Below are positions 1 to 12,800 of a DNA stretch of 64,000 nucleotides, piece by piece. Position 1 is the first letter of the stretch; each line of letters begins with the position of its first letter. Position numbers and translations under genes: made by a program. Below the pieces are notes generated by a model. That model did not search any database. It was not told the DNA's origin and saw only the letters and a list, made by a program, of their open reading frames with translations. This DNA is from the human T2T-CHM13v2.0 reference genome, Homo sapiens, in the NCBI RefSeq assembly GCF_009914755.1, contig NC_060948.1. One strand, written 5' to 3'.

Positions 1-253
1 AATGGAATGAACACGAATGTAATGCAATCCAATAGAATGGAATCGAATGGCATGGAATATAAAGAAATGGAATCGAAGAGAATGGAAACAAATGGAATGG
101 AATTGAATGGAATGGAATGGAATGGAATGGGAACGAATGGAGTGAAATTTTATGCAGTAGAAGAGAATAGAATGGAATGCAAGCGAAAGGAAAGGAATGG
201 ATTGGAATGGAAAGGAATTCATTGGAATGGAAGGGAATGTAGTGTAATGGACA

Positions 254-3200
254 GGCCTGGAATAAAGTGGAATGCTATGGTCTCGAATGGAATAAAAATG
301 TATGGAATGGAATGCAATGAAACGGAATCGAATGTCATAGAATGTAATGGAATGCAAAAAAATGGACTCCAAAATCATTGACTGGAAAGGCTGGGTGTCG
401 AAAGGAATTGACTCCAATGGAATGGAATCGAATGGAATGGAAGTGAATAGAATCGAACTAAATCGAATGGAATGGAATTGATAGGAACGGAATGGAAAGG
501 AATGCAATGATTTGGCATGGAATGGAATCGAATGGCATCGAATGGAATGGAATGGAATGCAATGGAATGGAATGTATTAGAATGTAATGAACTTTAATGG
601 AATGTACTCGAATGGATTCGACTGGAATGGAATGTTCTCGAAGTGAATGGACTCCAATGGAATGGATTCGAAAGGAATGGAATCTAATGGAATGGAATTA
701 AATGGAAATGAATCAAATTGAATAGAACGGAATTGAATTGAATGGAATCGAATGCAATGGAATCTAATGAAACGGAAAGGAAAGGAATGGAATGGATTGG
801 AATGCAATGGGCTGGAATGGAATGGAATCGAAACGAATGGAATGGAATCGAACTGAAGAGACTGGAATGGAATGCACTGGAATGGTAGGGAATGTAATGG
901 AAGGTTCTCGAAAAAAATGGAATCGAAAGGAATGGAATTGAATGGAACGGAATAGAGTCGAATGGAATTCAATGGAATGGAATGGACTAGAGTGAAATGG
1001 AATCGAACCACAAGGAATGGACAGGAATAGAATGGTCTCGAATTGAATGGAATCGTATGGAATGGCATCAAACGGAATGGAATGGACAGCCACGGAATGG
1101 AATGGACACCCACGGAATGGAATGCACTCGAATGCAATGGAGTCGACACTAATGGACTGGAATAGAATGGACTCGACTGGTACGGACTCCAATGGAATGG
1201 AATCGAATGGAAGGGAATCGAACGGAATGGACTCGAAGGGAAAAGACTGCAATGGAAAGGTCTCCAATGGAATGGAAATTAATGGAATGGAATGGAATCG
1301 AATGAAATGGAGTCAAAAGGAATGGAATCGAATGGCAAGAAATCGAATGTAATGGAATCGCAAGGAATTGATGTGAACGGAACGGAATGGAATGGAATCC
1401 AAAGGAATGGAATAGAATGGAATGGAATCGAATGGAAAGGACTCGAATGGAAATCACTCGAATAGAATGCAATTTAATAAAATAGGATCAAATGTAATGG
1501 AATGGAATGGAAAGGAATCGAAACGAAAGGAATGGAGACAGATGGAATGGAATGGAACAGAGAGCAATGGTATAGAATGGAATGGAATCATCTGGAATGG
1601 AATTGAATGGAATGGAATAATATGAAATGGAATGGAATGGAATGGAATGCCCTTGAATTAAATGGACTGGAATGGAATGGACTCGAACAGAGTGGAATGG
1701 AAAGTGTTGAAATAGAATGGAATGGACTCGTTTGGAATGGTCTAGTATGCAATGCAATCGACTGGCAGGGAATCAAAAGGAATGTAATCGAATGGATTGG
1801 ACTGGAATGCAATGGACTCGAATAGATTGGAAACGGAAAGCAAAGGAATGGAATGGAATAGTATGGAATGGAATGGAAAGGAATGGAGTGGAATAGACTA
1901 GAGTGGAATGGAATGGACTCGAAAGCAATGGACTGGAATGGAACTTTCTTGAATGGACTGGAATCAAACGGAATGGAATGCAATGCAATCAAATGGCATG
2001 GAATAAAATAGAATGAAAGAGAATGAAATGGAATTGAATCGAATGGAATCGAATGGATTGGAAAGGAATAGAATGGAATGGAATGGAATTGACTCAAATG
2101 GAATGGACTAGAATGGAATGGATTCGAATGGAAGGCAAAGGAATGGAATCTATTGGAATGGACTGTAATGGAATGGAATGGAAGTGATTGGAATGGACTC
2201 GAATGGAATGGACTGCAATAGAAAGGATTCGAATGGAATGAAAAAGAATTGAATGGAATAGAACAGAATGGAATCAAATCGAATGAAATGGAATGGAATA
2301 GAAAGGAATGGAATGAAATGGAATGGAAAGGATTCGAATAGAATGCAATCGAATGGAATGCAATCGAATGGAATGGAATCGAACGGAATGGAATAAAATG
2401 GAAGAAAACTGGCAAGAAATGGAATCGAAATGAATGGAGTGTTATGGAACGGACTCAAAAGGAATTGAATGTAATAGAATGGAGTGGAGTGGACTCGAAT
2501 ATAATGGACTGGAATGGAATGAAATCACATGGAATGGGAACGAATGGAATGGAATGGAAAGGAATGGAATCGAATGGAAAGGAATCGAATGGAAGGGAAT
2601 GAAATTGAATCAACAGGAATGGAAGGGAGTAGAATAGACGGTAATGGAATGGACTCGAATAGAATGGACACGAATGCTCAAATTGAATGGACTCGAATGG
2701 AATGGAAACGAAAGGAATGTCATCGAATGGAATTGAATCGATTGGAATGAAATCACATAGAATGGAGTGGAATCAAATGGAATTGAATCGAAAGGAAAGG
2801 AAGCGAATGGACTGAAATGAAATGGAATGGAATTGAATGGAAATTAATGCAGTGGAATAGAATGGAACGAAATTTCACGGAATGGAATCAAACTGAATGG
2901 AATCAAATCAATGGAATATAATCAAATGGAATGGAAAGGAATTGAATGGAGTAGATTGGATTGGATGGGATTGGAATGAAATGTACTGGAAAGGACTCGA
3001 ATTTCATGAAACGGAATGGAATGAATTAGAACGGAATGGACTCGAATGGAATGGAATGTCATGGAATGGCATCAAATGGAATGGAATCGAATGCGATGGA
3101 ATGCTATGGAATGGAATGGAATGCATTGGAATGGAATGTCCTCTAATGGAATGTATTCGAGTGGAATGGAATCGAATATAATGGAGTCTAATGAAAGGGA

Positions 3201-3792
3201 ATTGAAAGGAATGGGACCGAATACAATGGAATATACTGGAATGTAATGTAATGAACTCGAATGTAATTGACTGGAATGGAATGTACATGAATGGAATGTA
3301 ATCGAATGGAAAGCAATCCAATGGAATAGAATCTAATGCAATAAAATCGACTCAAATAGAGTAGAATGTAATGGAATGGAGTGCAGTGCAATGGAATGGA
3401 ATGGAATGGAATGCAATGGAATGGAATGGAATGGAATGGAATGGGATGGAATGGTATGGAATGGATAGTAATGGACTGGAGTGAAATGGACTGGAAAAGA
3501 ATGGACTCAAATTGAAAGGGCTCGAAAGGAATGGAGTCAAATGGAATGGTCTGGAATGGAATGAACACGAATGTAATGCAATCCAATAGAATGGAATCGA
3601 ATGGCATGGAATATAAAGAAATGGAATCGAAGAGAATGGAAACAAATGGAATGGAATTGAATGGAATGGGAACGAATGGAGTGAAATTGTATGCAGTAGA
3701 AGAGAATAGAATGGAATGCAAGCGAAAGGAAAGGAATGGATTGGAATGGAATGGAATTCATTGGAATGGAAGGGAATGTAGTGTAATGGACA
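254..3792 (+). repeat. DYZ1 unit U1 (3539 bp, HaeIII to HaeIII), representative monomer, subfamily A
   Basis: GGCC at 254 and 3793. Non-pentamer landmarks (GGCTGGGTGTCG, GAACCACAAGG, TTTAATAAAATAGG, CCCTTGAATT, AACTTTCTTG, AATTTCACGG, GTGCAGTGC) occur once here and recur in the same order in every unit. Lengths U1-U18: 3539, 3554, 3554, 3554, 3514, 3504, 3518, 3538, 3539, 3539, 3524, 3554, 3564, 3538, 3538, 3524, 3554, 3534. Confidence 0.93.
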
Positions 3793-3810
3793 GGCCTGGA
3801 ATAAAGTGGA
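3657..3810. other. Conserved 154-bp landmark segment carrying the EcoRI and StuI/HaeIII sites (DYZ1 sexing-PCR target); recurs once per unit
   Basis: TTGAATGGAATGGGAACGAATGG ... GGAATTCATTGG ... GGACAGGCCTGGAATAAAGTGGA is seen directly. The primer identity is recalled from memory and was not database-checked. Confidence 0.8.
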
Positions 3811-3899
3811 ATGCTACGGTCTCGAATGGAATAAAAATGTATGGAATGGAATGCAATGAAACGGAATCGAATGTCATAGAATGTAATGGAATGCAAAAA

Positions 3900-6800
3900 A
3901 ATGGAATCCAAAATCATTGACTGGAAAGGCTGGGTGTCGAAAGGAATTGACTCCAATGGAATGGAATCGAATGGAATGGAAGTGAATAGAATGGAACTAA
4001 ATCGAATGGAATGGAATTCATAGGAACGGAATGGAAAGGAATGCAATGATTTGGCATGGAATGGAATCGAATGGCATCGAATGGAATGGAATGGAATGCA
4101 ATGGAATGGAATGTATTAGAATGTAATGAACTTTAATGGAATGTACTCGAATGGATTCGACTGGAATGGAATGTTCTCGAAGTGAATGGACTCCAATGGA
4201 ATGGATTCGAAAGGAATGGAATCTAATGGAATGGAATTAAATGGAAATGAATCAAATTGAATAGAACGGAATTGAATTGAATGGAATCGAATGCAATGGA
4301 ATCTAATGAAACGGAAAGGAAAGGAATGGAATAGATTGGAATGGAATGGGCTGGAATGGAATGGAATCGAAACGAATGGAATGGAATCGAACTGAAGAGA
4401 CTGGAATGGAATGCACTGGAATGGAAGGGAATGTAATGGAAGGTTCTCGAAAAAAATGGAATCGAAAGGAATGGAATTGAATGGAACGGAATAGAGTCGA
4501 ATGGAATTCAATGGAATGGAATGGACTAGAGTGAAATGGAATCGAACCACAAGGAATGGACAGGAATAGAATGGTCTCGAATTGAATGGAATCGTATGGA
4601 ATGGCATCAATCGGAATGGAATGGACAGCCACGGAATGGAATGGACACCCACGGAATGGAATGCACTCGAATGCAATGGAGTCGACACTAATGGACTGGA
4701 ATAGAATGGACTCGACTGATACGGACTCCAATGGAATGGAATCGAATGGAAGGGAATCGAACGGAATGGACTCGAAGGAAAAAGACTGCAATGGAAAGGT
4801 CTCCAATGGAATGGAAATTAATGGAATGGAATGGAATCGAATGAAATGGAGTCAAAAGGAATGGAATCGAATGGCAAGAAATCGAATGTAATGGAATCGC
4901 AAGGAATTGATGTGAACGGAACGGAATGGAATGGAATCCAAAGGAATGGAATAGAATGGAATGGAATCGAATGGAAAGGACTCGAATGGACATCACTCGA
5001 ATTGAATGCAATTTAATAAAATAGGATCAAATGTAATGGAATGGAATGGAAAGGAATCGAAACGAAAGGAATGGAGACAGATGGAATGGAATGGAACAGA
5101 GAGCAATGGTATAGAATGGAATGGAATCATCTGGAATGGAATTGAATGGAATGGAATAACATGAAATGGACTGGAATGGAATGGAATGCCCTTGAATTAA
5201 ATGGACTGGAATGGAATGGACTCGAACAGAGTGGAATGGAAAGTGTTGAAATAGAATGGAATGGACTCGTTTGGAATGGTCTAGTATGCAATGCAATCGA
5301 CTGGCAGGGAATCAAAAGGAATGTAATCGAATGGATTGGACTGGAATGCAATGGACTCGAATAGATTGGAAACGGAAAGCAAAGGAATGGAATGGAATAG
5401 TATGGAATGGAATGGAAAGGAATGGAGTGGAATAGACTAGAGTGGAATGGAATGGACTCGAAAGCAATGGACTGGAATGGAACTTTCTTGAATGGACTGG
5501 AATCAAACGGAATGGAATGCAATGCAATCAAATGGCATGGAAGAAGATAGAATGAAAGAGAATGAAATGGAATTGAATCGAATGGAATCGAATGGATTGG
5601 AAAGGAATAGAATGGAATGGAATGGAATTGACTCAAATGGAATGGACTAGAATGGAATGGATTCGAATGGAAGGCAAAGGAATGGAATCTATTGGAATGG
5701 ACTGTAATGGAATGGAATGGAAGGGATTGGAATGGACTCGAATGGAATGGACTGCAATAGAAAGGATTCGAATGGAATGAAAAAGAATTGAATGGAATAG
5801 AACAGAATGGAATCAAATCGAATGAAATGGAATGGAATAGAAAGGAATGGAATGAAATGGAATGGAAAGGATTCGAATGGAATGCAATCGAATGGAATGC
5901 AATCTAATGGAATGGAATCGAACGGAATGGAATAAAATGGAAGAAAACTGGCAAGAAATGGAGTCGAAATGAATGGAGTGTTATGGAACCGACTCAAAAG
6001 GAATTGAATGTAATAGAATGGAGTGGAGTGGACTCGAATATAATGGACTGGAATGGAATGAAATCACATGGAATGGGAACGAATGGAATGGAATGGAAAG
6101 GAATGGAATAGAATGGAAAGGAATCGAATGGAAGGGAATGAAATTGAATCAACAGGAATGGAAGGGAGTAGAATAGACGGTAATGGAATGGACTCGAATA
6201 GAATGGACACGAATGCTCAAATTGAATGGACTCGAATGGAATGGAAACGAAAGGAATGTCATCGAATGGAATTGAATCGATTGGAATGAAATCACATAGA
6301 ATGGAGTGGAATCAAATGGAATTGAATCGAAAGGAAAGGAAGCGAATGGACTGAAATGAAATGGAATGGAATTGAATGGAAATTAATGCAATGGAATAGA
6401 ATGGAACGAAATTTCACGGAATGGAATCAAACTGAATGGAATCAAATCAATGGAATATAATCAAATGGAATGGAAAGGAATTGAATGGAGTAGATTGGAT
6501 TGGATGGGATTGGAATGAAATGTACTGGAAAGGACTCGAATTTCATGAAACGGAATGGAATGAATTAGAACGGAATGGACTCGAATGGAATGGAATGTCA
6601 TGGAATGGCATCAAATGGAATGGAATCGAATGCGATGGAATGCTATGGAATGGAATGGAATGCATTGGAATGGAATGTCCTCTAATGGAATGTATTCGAG
6701 TGGAATGGAATCGAATATAATGGAGTCTAATGAAATGGAATTGAAAGGAATGGGACCGAATACAATGGAATATACTGGAATGTAATGTAATGAACTCGAA

Positions 6801-9800
6801 TGTAATTGACTGGAATGGAATGTACATGAATGGAATGTAATCGAATGGAAAGCAATCCAATGGAATAGAATCTAATGCAATAAAATCGACTCAAATAGAG
6901 TAGAATGTAATGGAATGGAGTGCAGTGCAATGGAATGGAATGGAATGGAATGCAATGGAATGGAATGGAATGGAATGGAATGAGATGGAATGGTATGGAA
7001 TGGATAGTAATGGACTGGAGTGAAATGGACTGGAAAAGAATGGACTCAAATTGAAAGGGCTCGAAAGGAATGGAGTCAAATGGAATGGTCTGGAATGGAA
7101 TGAACACGAATGTAATGCAATCCAATGGAATGGAATCGAATGGCATGGAATATAAAGAAATGGAATCGAAGAGAATGGAAACAAATGGAATGGAATTGAA
7201 TGGAATGGAATTGAATGGAATGGGAACGAATGGAGTGAAATTGTATGCAGTAGAAGAGAATAGAATGGAATGCAAGCGAAAGGAAAGGAATGGATTGGAA
7301 TGGAATGGAATTCATTGGAATGGAAGGGAATGTAGTGTAATGGACAGGCCTGGAATAAAGTGGAATGCTACGGTCTCGAATGGAATAAAAATGTATGGAA
7401 TGGAATGCAATGAAACGGAATCGAATGTCATAGAATGTAATGGAATGCAAAAAAATGGAATCCAAAATCATTGACTGGAAAGGCTGGGTGTCGAAAGGAA
7501 TTGACTCCAATGGAATGGAATCGAATGGAATGGAAGTGAATAGAATGGAACTAAATCGAATGGAATGGAATTCATAGGAACGGAATGGAAAGGAATGCAA
7601 TGATTTGGCATGGAATGGAATCGAATGGCATCGAATGGAATGGAATGGAATGCAATGGAATGGAATGTATTAGAATGTAATGAACTTTAATGGAATGTAC
7701 TCGAATGGATTCGACTGGAATGGAATGTTCTCGAAGTGAATGGACTCCAATGGAATGGATTCGAAAGGAATGGAATCTAATGGAATGGAATTAAATGGAA
7801 ATGAATCAAATTGAATAGAACGGAATTGAATTGAATGGAATCGAATGCAATGGAATCTAATGAAACGGAAAGGAAAGGAATGGAATGGATTGGAATGGAA
7901 TGGGCTGGAATGGAATGGAATCGAAACGAATGGAATGGAATCGAACTGAAGAGACTGGAATGGAATGCACTGGAATGGAAGGGAATGTAATGGAAGGTTC
8001 TCGAAAAAAATGGAATCGAAAGGAATGGAATTGAATGGAACGGAATAGAGTCGAATGGAATTCAATGGAATGGAATGGACTAGAGTGAAATGGAATCGAA
8101 CCACAAGGAATGGACAGGAATAGAATGGTCTCGAATTGAATGGAATCGTATGGAATGGCATCAATCAGAATGGAATGGACAGCCACGGAATGGAATGGAC
8201 ACCCACGGAATGGAATGCACTCGAATGCAATGGAGTCGACACTAATGGACTGGAATAGAATGGACTCGACTGATACGGACTCCAATGGAATGGAATCGAA
8301 TGGAAGGGAATCGAACGGAATGGACTCGAAGGAAAAAGACTGCAATGGAAAGGTCTCCAATGGAATGGAAATTAATGGAATGGAATGGAATCGAATGAAA
8401 TGGAGTCAAAAGGAATGGAATCGAATGGCAAGAAATCGAATGTAATGGAATCGCAAGGAATTGATGTGAACGGAACGGAATGGAATGGAATCCAAAGGAA
8501 TGGAATAGAATGGAATGGAATCGAATGGAAAGGACTCGAATGGACATCACTCGAATTGAATGCAATTTAATAAAATAGGATCAAATGTAATGGAATGGAA
8601 TGGAAAGGAATCGAAACGAAAGGAATGGAGACAGATGGAATGGAATGGAACAGAGAGCAATGGTATAGAATGGAATGGAATCATCTGTAATGGAATTGAA
8701 TGGAATGGAATAACATGAAATGGACTGGAATGGAATGGAATGCCCTTGAATTAAATGGACTGGAATGGAATGGACTCGAACAGAGTGGAATGGAAAGTGT
8801 TGAAATAGAATGGAATGGACTCGTTTGGAATGGTCTAGTATGCAATGCAATCGACTGGCAGGGAATCAAAAGGAATGTAATCGAATGGATTGGACTGGAA
8901 TGCAATGGACTCGAATAGATTGGAAACGGAAAGCAAAGGAATGGAATGGAATAGTATGGAATGGAATGGAAAGGAATGGAGTGGAATAGACTAGAGTGGA
9001 ATGGAATGGACTCGAAAGCAATGGACTGGAATGGAACTTTCTTGAATGGACTGGAATCAAACGGAATGGAATGCAATGCAATCAAATGGCATGGAAGAAG
9101 ATAGAATGAAAGAGAATGAAATGGAATTGAATCGAATGGAATCGAATGGATTGGAAAGGAATAGAATGGAATGGAATGGAATTGACTCAAATGGAATGGA
9201 CTAGAATGGAATGGATTCGAATGGAAGGCAAAGGAATGGAATCTATTGGAATGGACTGTAATGGAATGGAATGGAAGGGATTGGAATGGACTCGAATGGA
9301 ATGGACTGCAATAGAAAGGATTCGAATGGAATGAAAAAGAATTGAATGGAATAGAACAGAATGGAATCAAATCGAATGAAATGGAATGGAATAGAAAGGA
9401 ATGGAATGAAATGGAATGGAAAGGATTCGAATGGAATGCAATCGAATGGAATGCAATCTAATGGAATGGAATCGAACGGAATGGAATAAAATGGAAGAAA
9501 ACTGGCAAGAAATGGAGTCGAAATGAATGGAGTGTTATGGAACCGACTCAAAAGGAATTGAATGTAATAGAATGGAGTGGAGTGGACTCGAATATAATGG
9601 ACTGGAATGGAATGAAATCACATGGAATGGGAACGAATGGAATGGAATGGAAAGGAATGGAATAGAATGGAAAGGAATCGAATGGAAGGGAATGAAATTG
9701 AATCAACAGGAATGGAAGGGAGTAGAATAGACGGTAATGGAATGGACTCGAATAGAATGGACACGAATGCTCAAATTGAATGGACTCGAATGGAATGGAA

Positions 9801-12800
9801 ACGAAAGGAATGTCATCGAATGGAATTGAATCGATTGGAATGAAATCACATAGAATGGAGTGGAATCAAATGGAATTGAATCGAAAGGAAAGGAAGCGAA
9901 TGGACTGAAATGAAATGGAATGGAATTGAATGGAAATTAATGCAATGGAATAGAATGGAACGAAATTTCACGGAATGGAATCAAACTGAATGGAATCAAA
10001 TCAATGGAATATAATCAAATGGAATGGAAAGGAATTGAATGGAGTAGATTGGATTGGATGGGATTGGAATGAAATGTACTGGAAAGGACTCGAATTTCAT
10101 GAAACGGAATGGAATGAATTAGAACGGAATGGACTCGAATGGAATGGAATGTCATGGAATGGCATCAAATGGAATGGAATCGAATGCGATGGAATGCTAT
10201 GGAATGGAATGGAATGCATTGGAATGGAATGTCCTCTAATGGAATGTATTCGAGTGGAATGGAATCGAATATAATGGAGTCTAATGAAATGGAATTGAAA
10301 GGAATGGGACCGAATACAATGGAATATACTGGAATGTAATGTAATGAACTCGAATGTAATTGACTGGAATGGAATGTACATGAATGGAATGTAATCGAAT
10401 GGAAAGCAATCCAATGGAATAGAATCTAATGCAATAAAATCGACTCAAATAGAGTAGAATGTAATGGAATGGAGTGCAGTGCAATGGAATGGAATGGAAT
10501 GGAATGCAATGGAATGGAATGGAATGGAATGGAATGAGATGGAATGGTATGGAATGGATAGTAATGGACTGGAGTGAAATGGACTGGAAAAGAATGGACT
10601 CAAATTGAAAGGGCTCGAAAGGAATGGAGTCAAATGGAATGGTCTGGAATGGAATGAACACGAATGTAATGCAATCCAATGGAATGGAATCGAATGGCAT
10701 GGAATATAAAGAAATGGAATCGAAGAGAATGGAAACAAATGGAATGGAATTGAATGGAATGGAATTGAATGGAATGGGAACGAATGGAGTGAAATTGTAT
10801 GCAGTAGAAGAGAATAGAATGGAATGCAAGCGAAAGGAAAGGAATGGATTGGAATGGAATGGAATTCATTGGAATGGAAGGGAATGTAGTGTAATGGACA
10901 GGCCTGGAATAAAGTGGAATGCTACGGTCTCGAATGGAATAAAAATGTATGGAATGGAATGCAATGAAACGGAATCGAATGTCATAGAATGTAATGGAAT
11001 GCAAAAAAATGGAATCCAAAATCATTGACTGGAAAGGCTGGGTGTCGAAAGGAATTGACTCCAATGGAATGGAATCGAATGGAATGGAAGTGAATAGAAT
11101 GGAACTAAATCGAATGGAATGGAATTCATAGGAACGGAATGGAAAGGAATGCAATGATTTGGCATGGAATGGAATCGAATGGCATCGAATGGAATGGAAT
11201 GGAATGCAATGGAATGGAATGTATTAGAATGTAATGAACTTTAATGGAATGTACTCGAATGGATTCGACTGGAATGGAATGTTCTCGAAGTGAATGGACT
11301 CCAATGGAATGGATTCGAAAGGAATGGAATCTAATGGAATGGAATTAAATGGAAATGAATCAAATTGAATAGAACGGAATTGAATTGAATGGAATCGAAT
11401 GCAATGGAATCTAATGAAACGGAAAGGAAAGGAATGGAATGGATTGGAATGGAATGGGCTGGAATGGAATGGAATCGAAACGAATGGAATGGAATCGAAC
11501 TGAAGAGACTGGAATGGAATGCACTGGAATGGAAGGGAATGTAATGGAAGGTTCTCGAAAAAAATGGAATCGAAAGGAATGGAATTGAATGGAACGGAAT
11601 AGAGTCGAATGGAATTCAATGGAATGGAATGGACTAGAGTGAAATGGAATCGAACCACAAGGAATGGACAGGAATAGAATGGTCTCGAATTGAATGGAAT
11701 CGTATGGAATGGCATCAATCAGAATGGAATGGACAGCCACGGAATGGAATGGACACCCACGGAATGGAATGCACTCGAATGCAATGGAGTCGACACTAAT
11801 GGACTGGAATAGAATGGACTCGACTGATACGGACTCCAATGGAATGGAATCGAATGGAAGGGAATCGAACGGAATGGACTCGAAGGAAAAAGACTGCAAT
11901 GGAAAGGTCTCCAATGGAATGGAAATTAATGGAATGGAATGGAATCGAATGAAATGGAGTCAAAAGGAATGGAATCGAATGGCAAGAAATCGAATGTAAT
12001 GGAATCGCAAGGAATTGATGTGAACGGAACGGAATGGAATGGAATCCAAAGGAATGGAATAGAATGGAATGGAATCGAATGGAAAGGACTCGAATGGACA
12101 TCACTCGAATTGAATGCAATTTAATAAAATAGGATCAAATGTAATGGAATGGAATGGAAAGGAATCGAAACGAAAGGAATGGAGACAGATGGAATGGAAT
12201 GGAACAGAGAGCAATGGTATAGAATGGAATGGAATCATCTGGAATGGAATTGAATGGAATGGAATAACATGAAATGGACTGGAATGGAATGGAATGCCCT
12301 TGAATTAAATGGACTGGAATGGAATGGACTCGAACAGAGTGGAATGGAAAGTGTTGAAATAGAATGGAATGGACTCGTTTGGAATGGTCTAGTATGCAAT
12401 GCAATCGACTGGCAGGGAATCAAAAGGAATGTAATCGAATGGATTGGACTGGAATGCAATGGACTCGAATAGATTGGAAACGGAAAGCAAAGGAATGGAA
12501 TGGAATAGTATGGAATGGAATGGAAAGGAATGGAGTGGAATAGACTAGAGTGGAATGGAATGGACTCGAAAGCAATGGACTGGAATGGAACTTTCTTGAA
12601 TGGACTGGAATCAAACGGAATGGAATGCAATGCAATCAAATGGCATGGAATAAAATAGAATGAAAGAGAATGAAATGGAATTGAATCGAATGGAATCGAA
12701 TGGATTGGAAAGGAATAGAATGGAATGGAATGGAATTGACTCAAATGGAATGGACTAGAATGGAATGGATTCGAATGGAAGGCAAAGGAATGGAATCTAT

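Noticed and set aside
3531-3920. Poly-(WNGME)-like peptide resembling the SCA31 (TGGAA)n repeat translation product
   Set aside because: The similarity follows trivially from the shared pentamer. The sequence gives no evidence of transcription or translation here.
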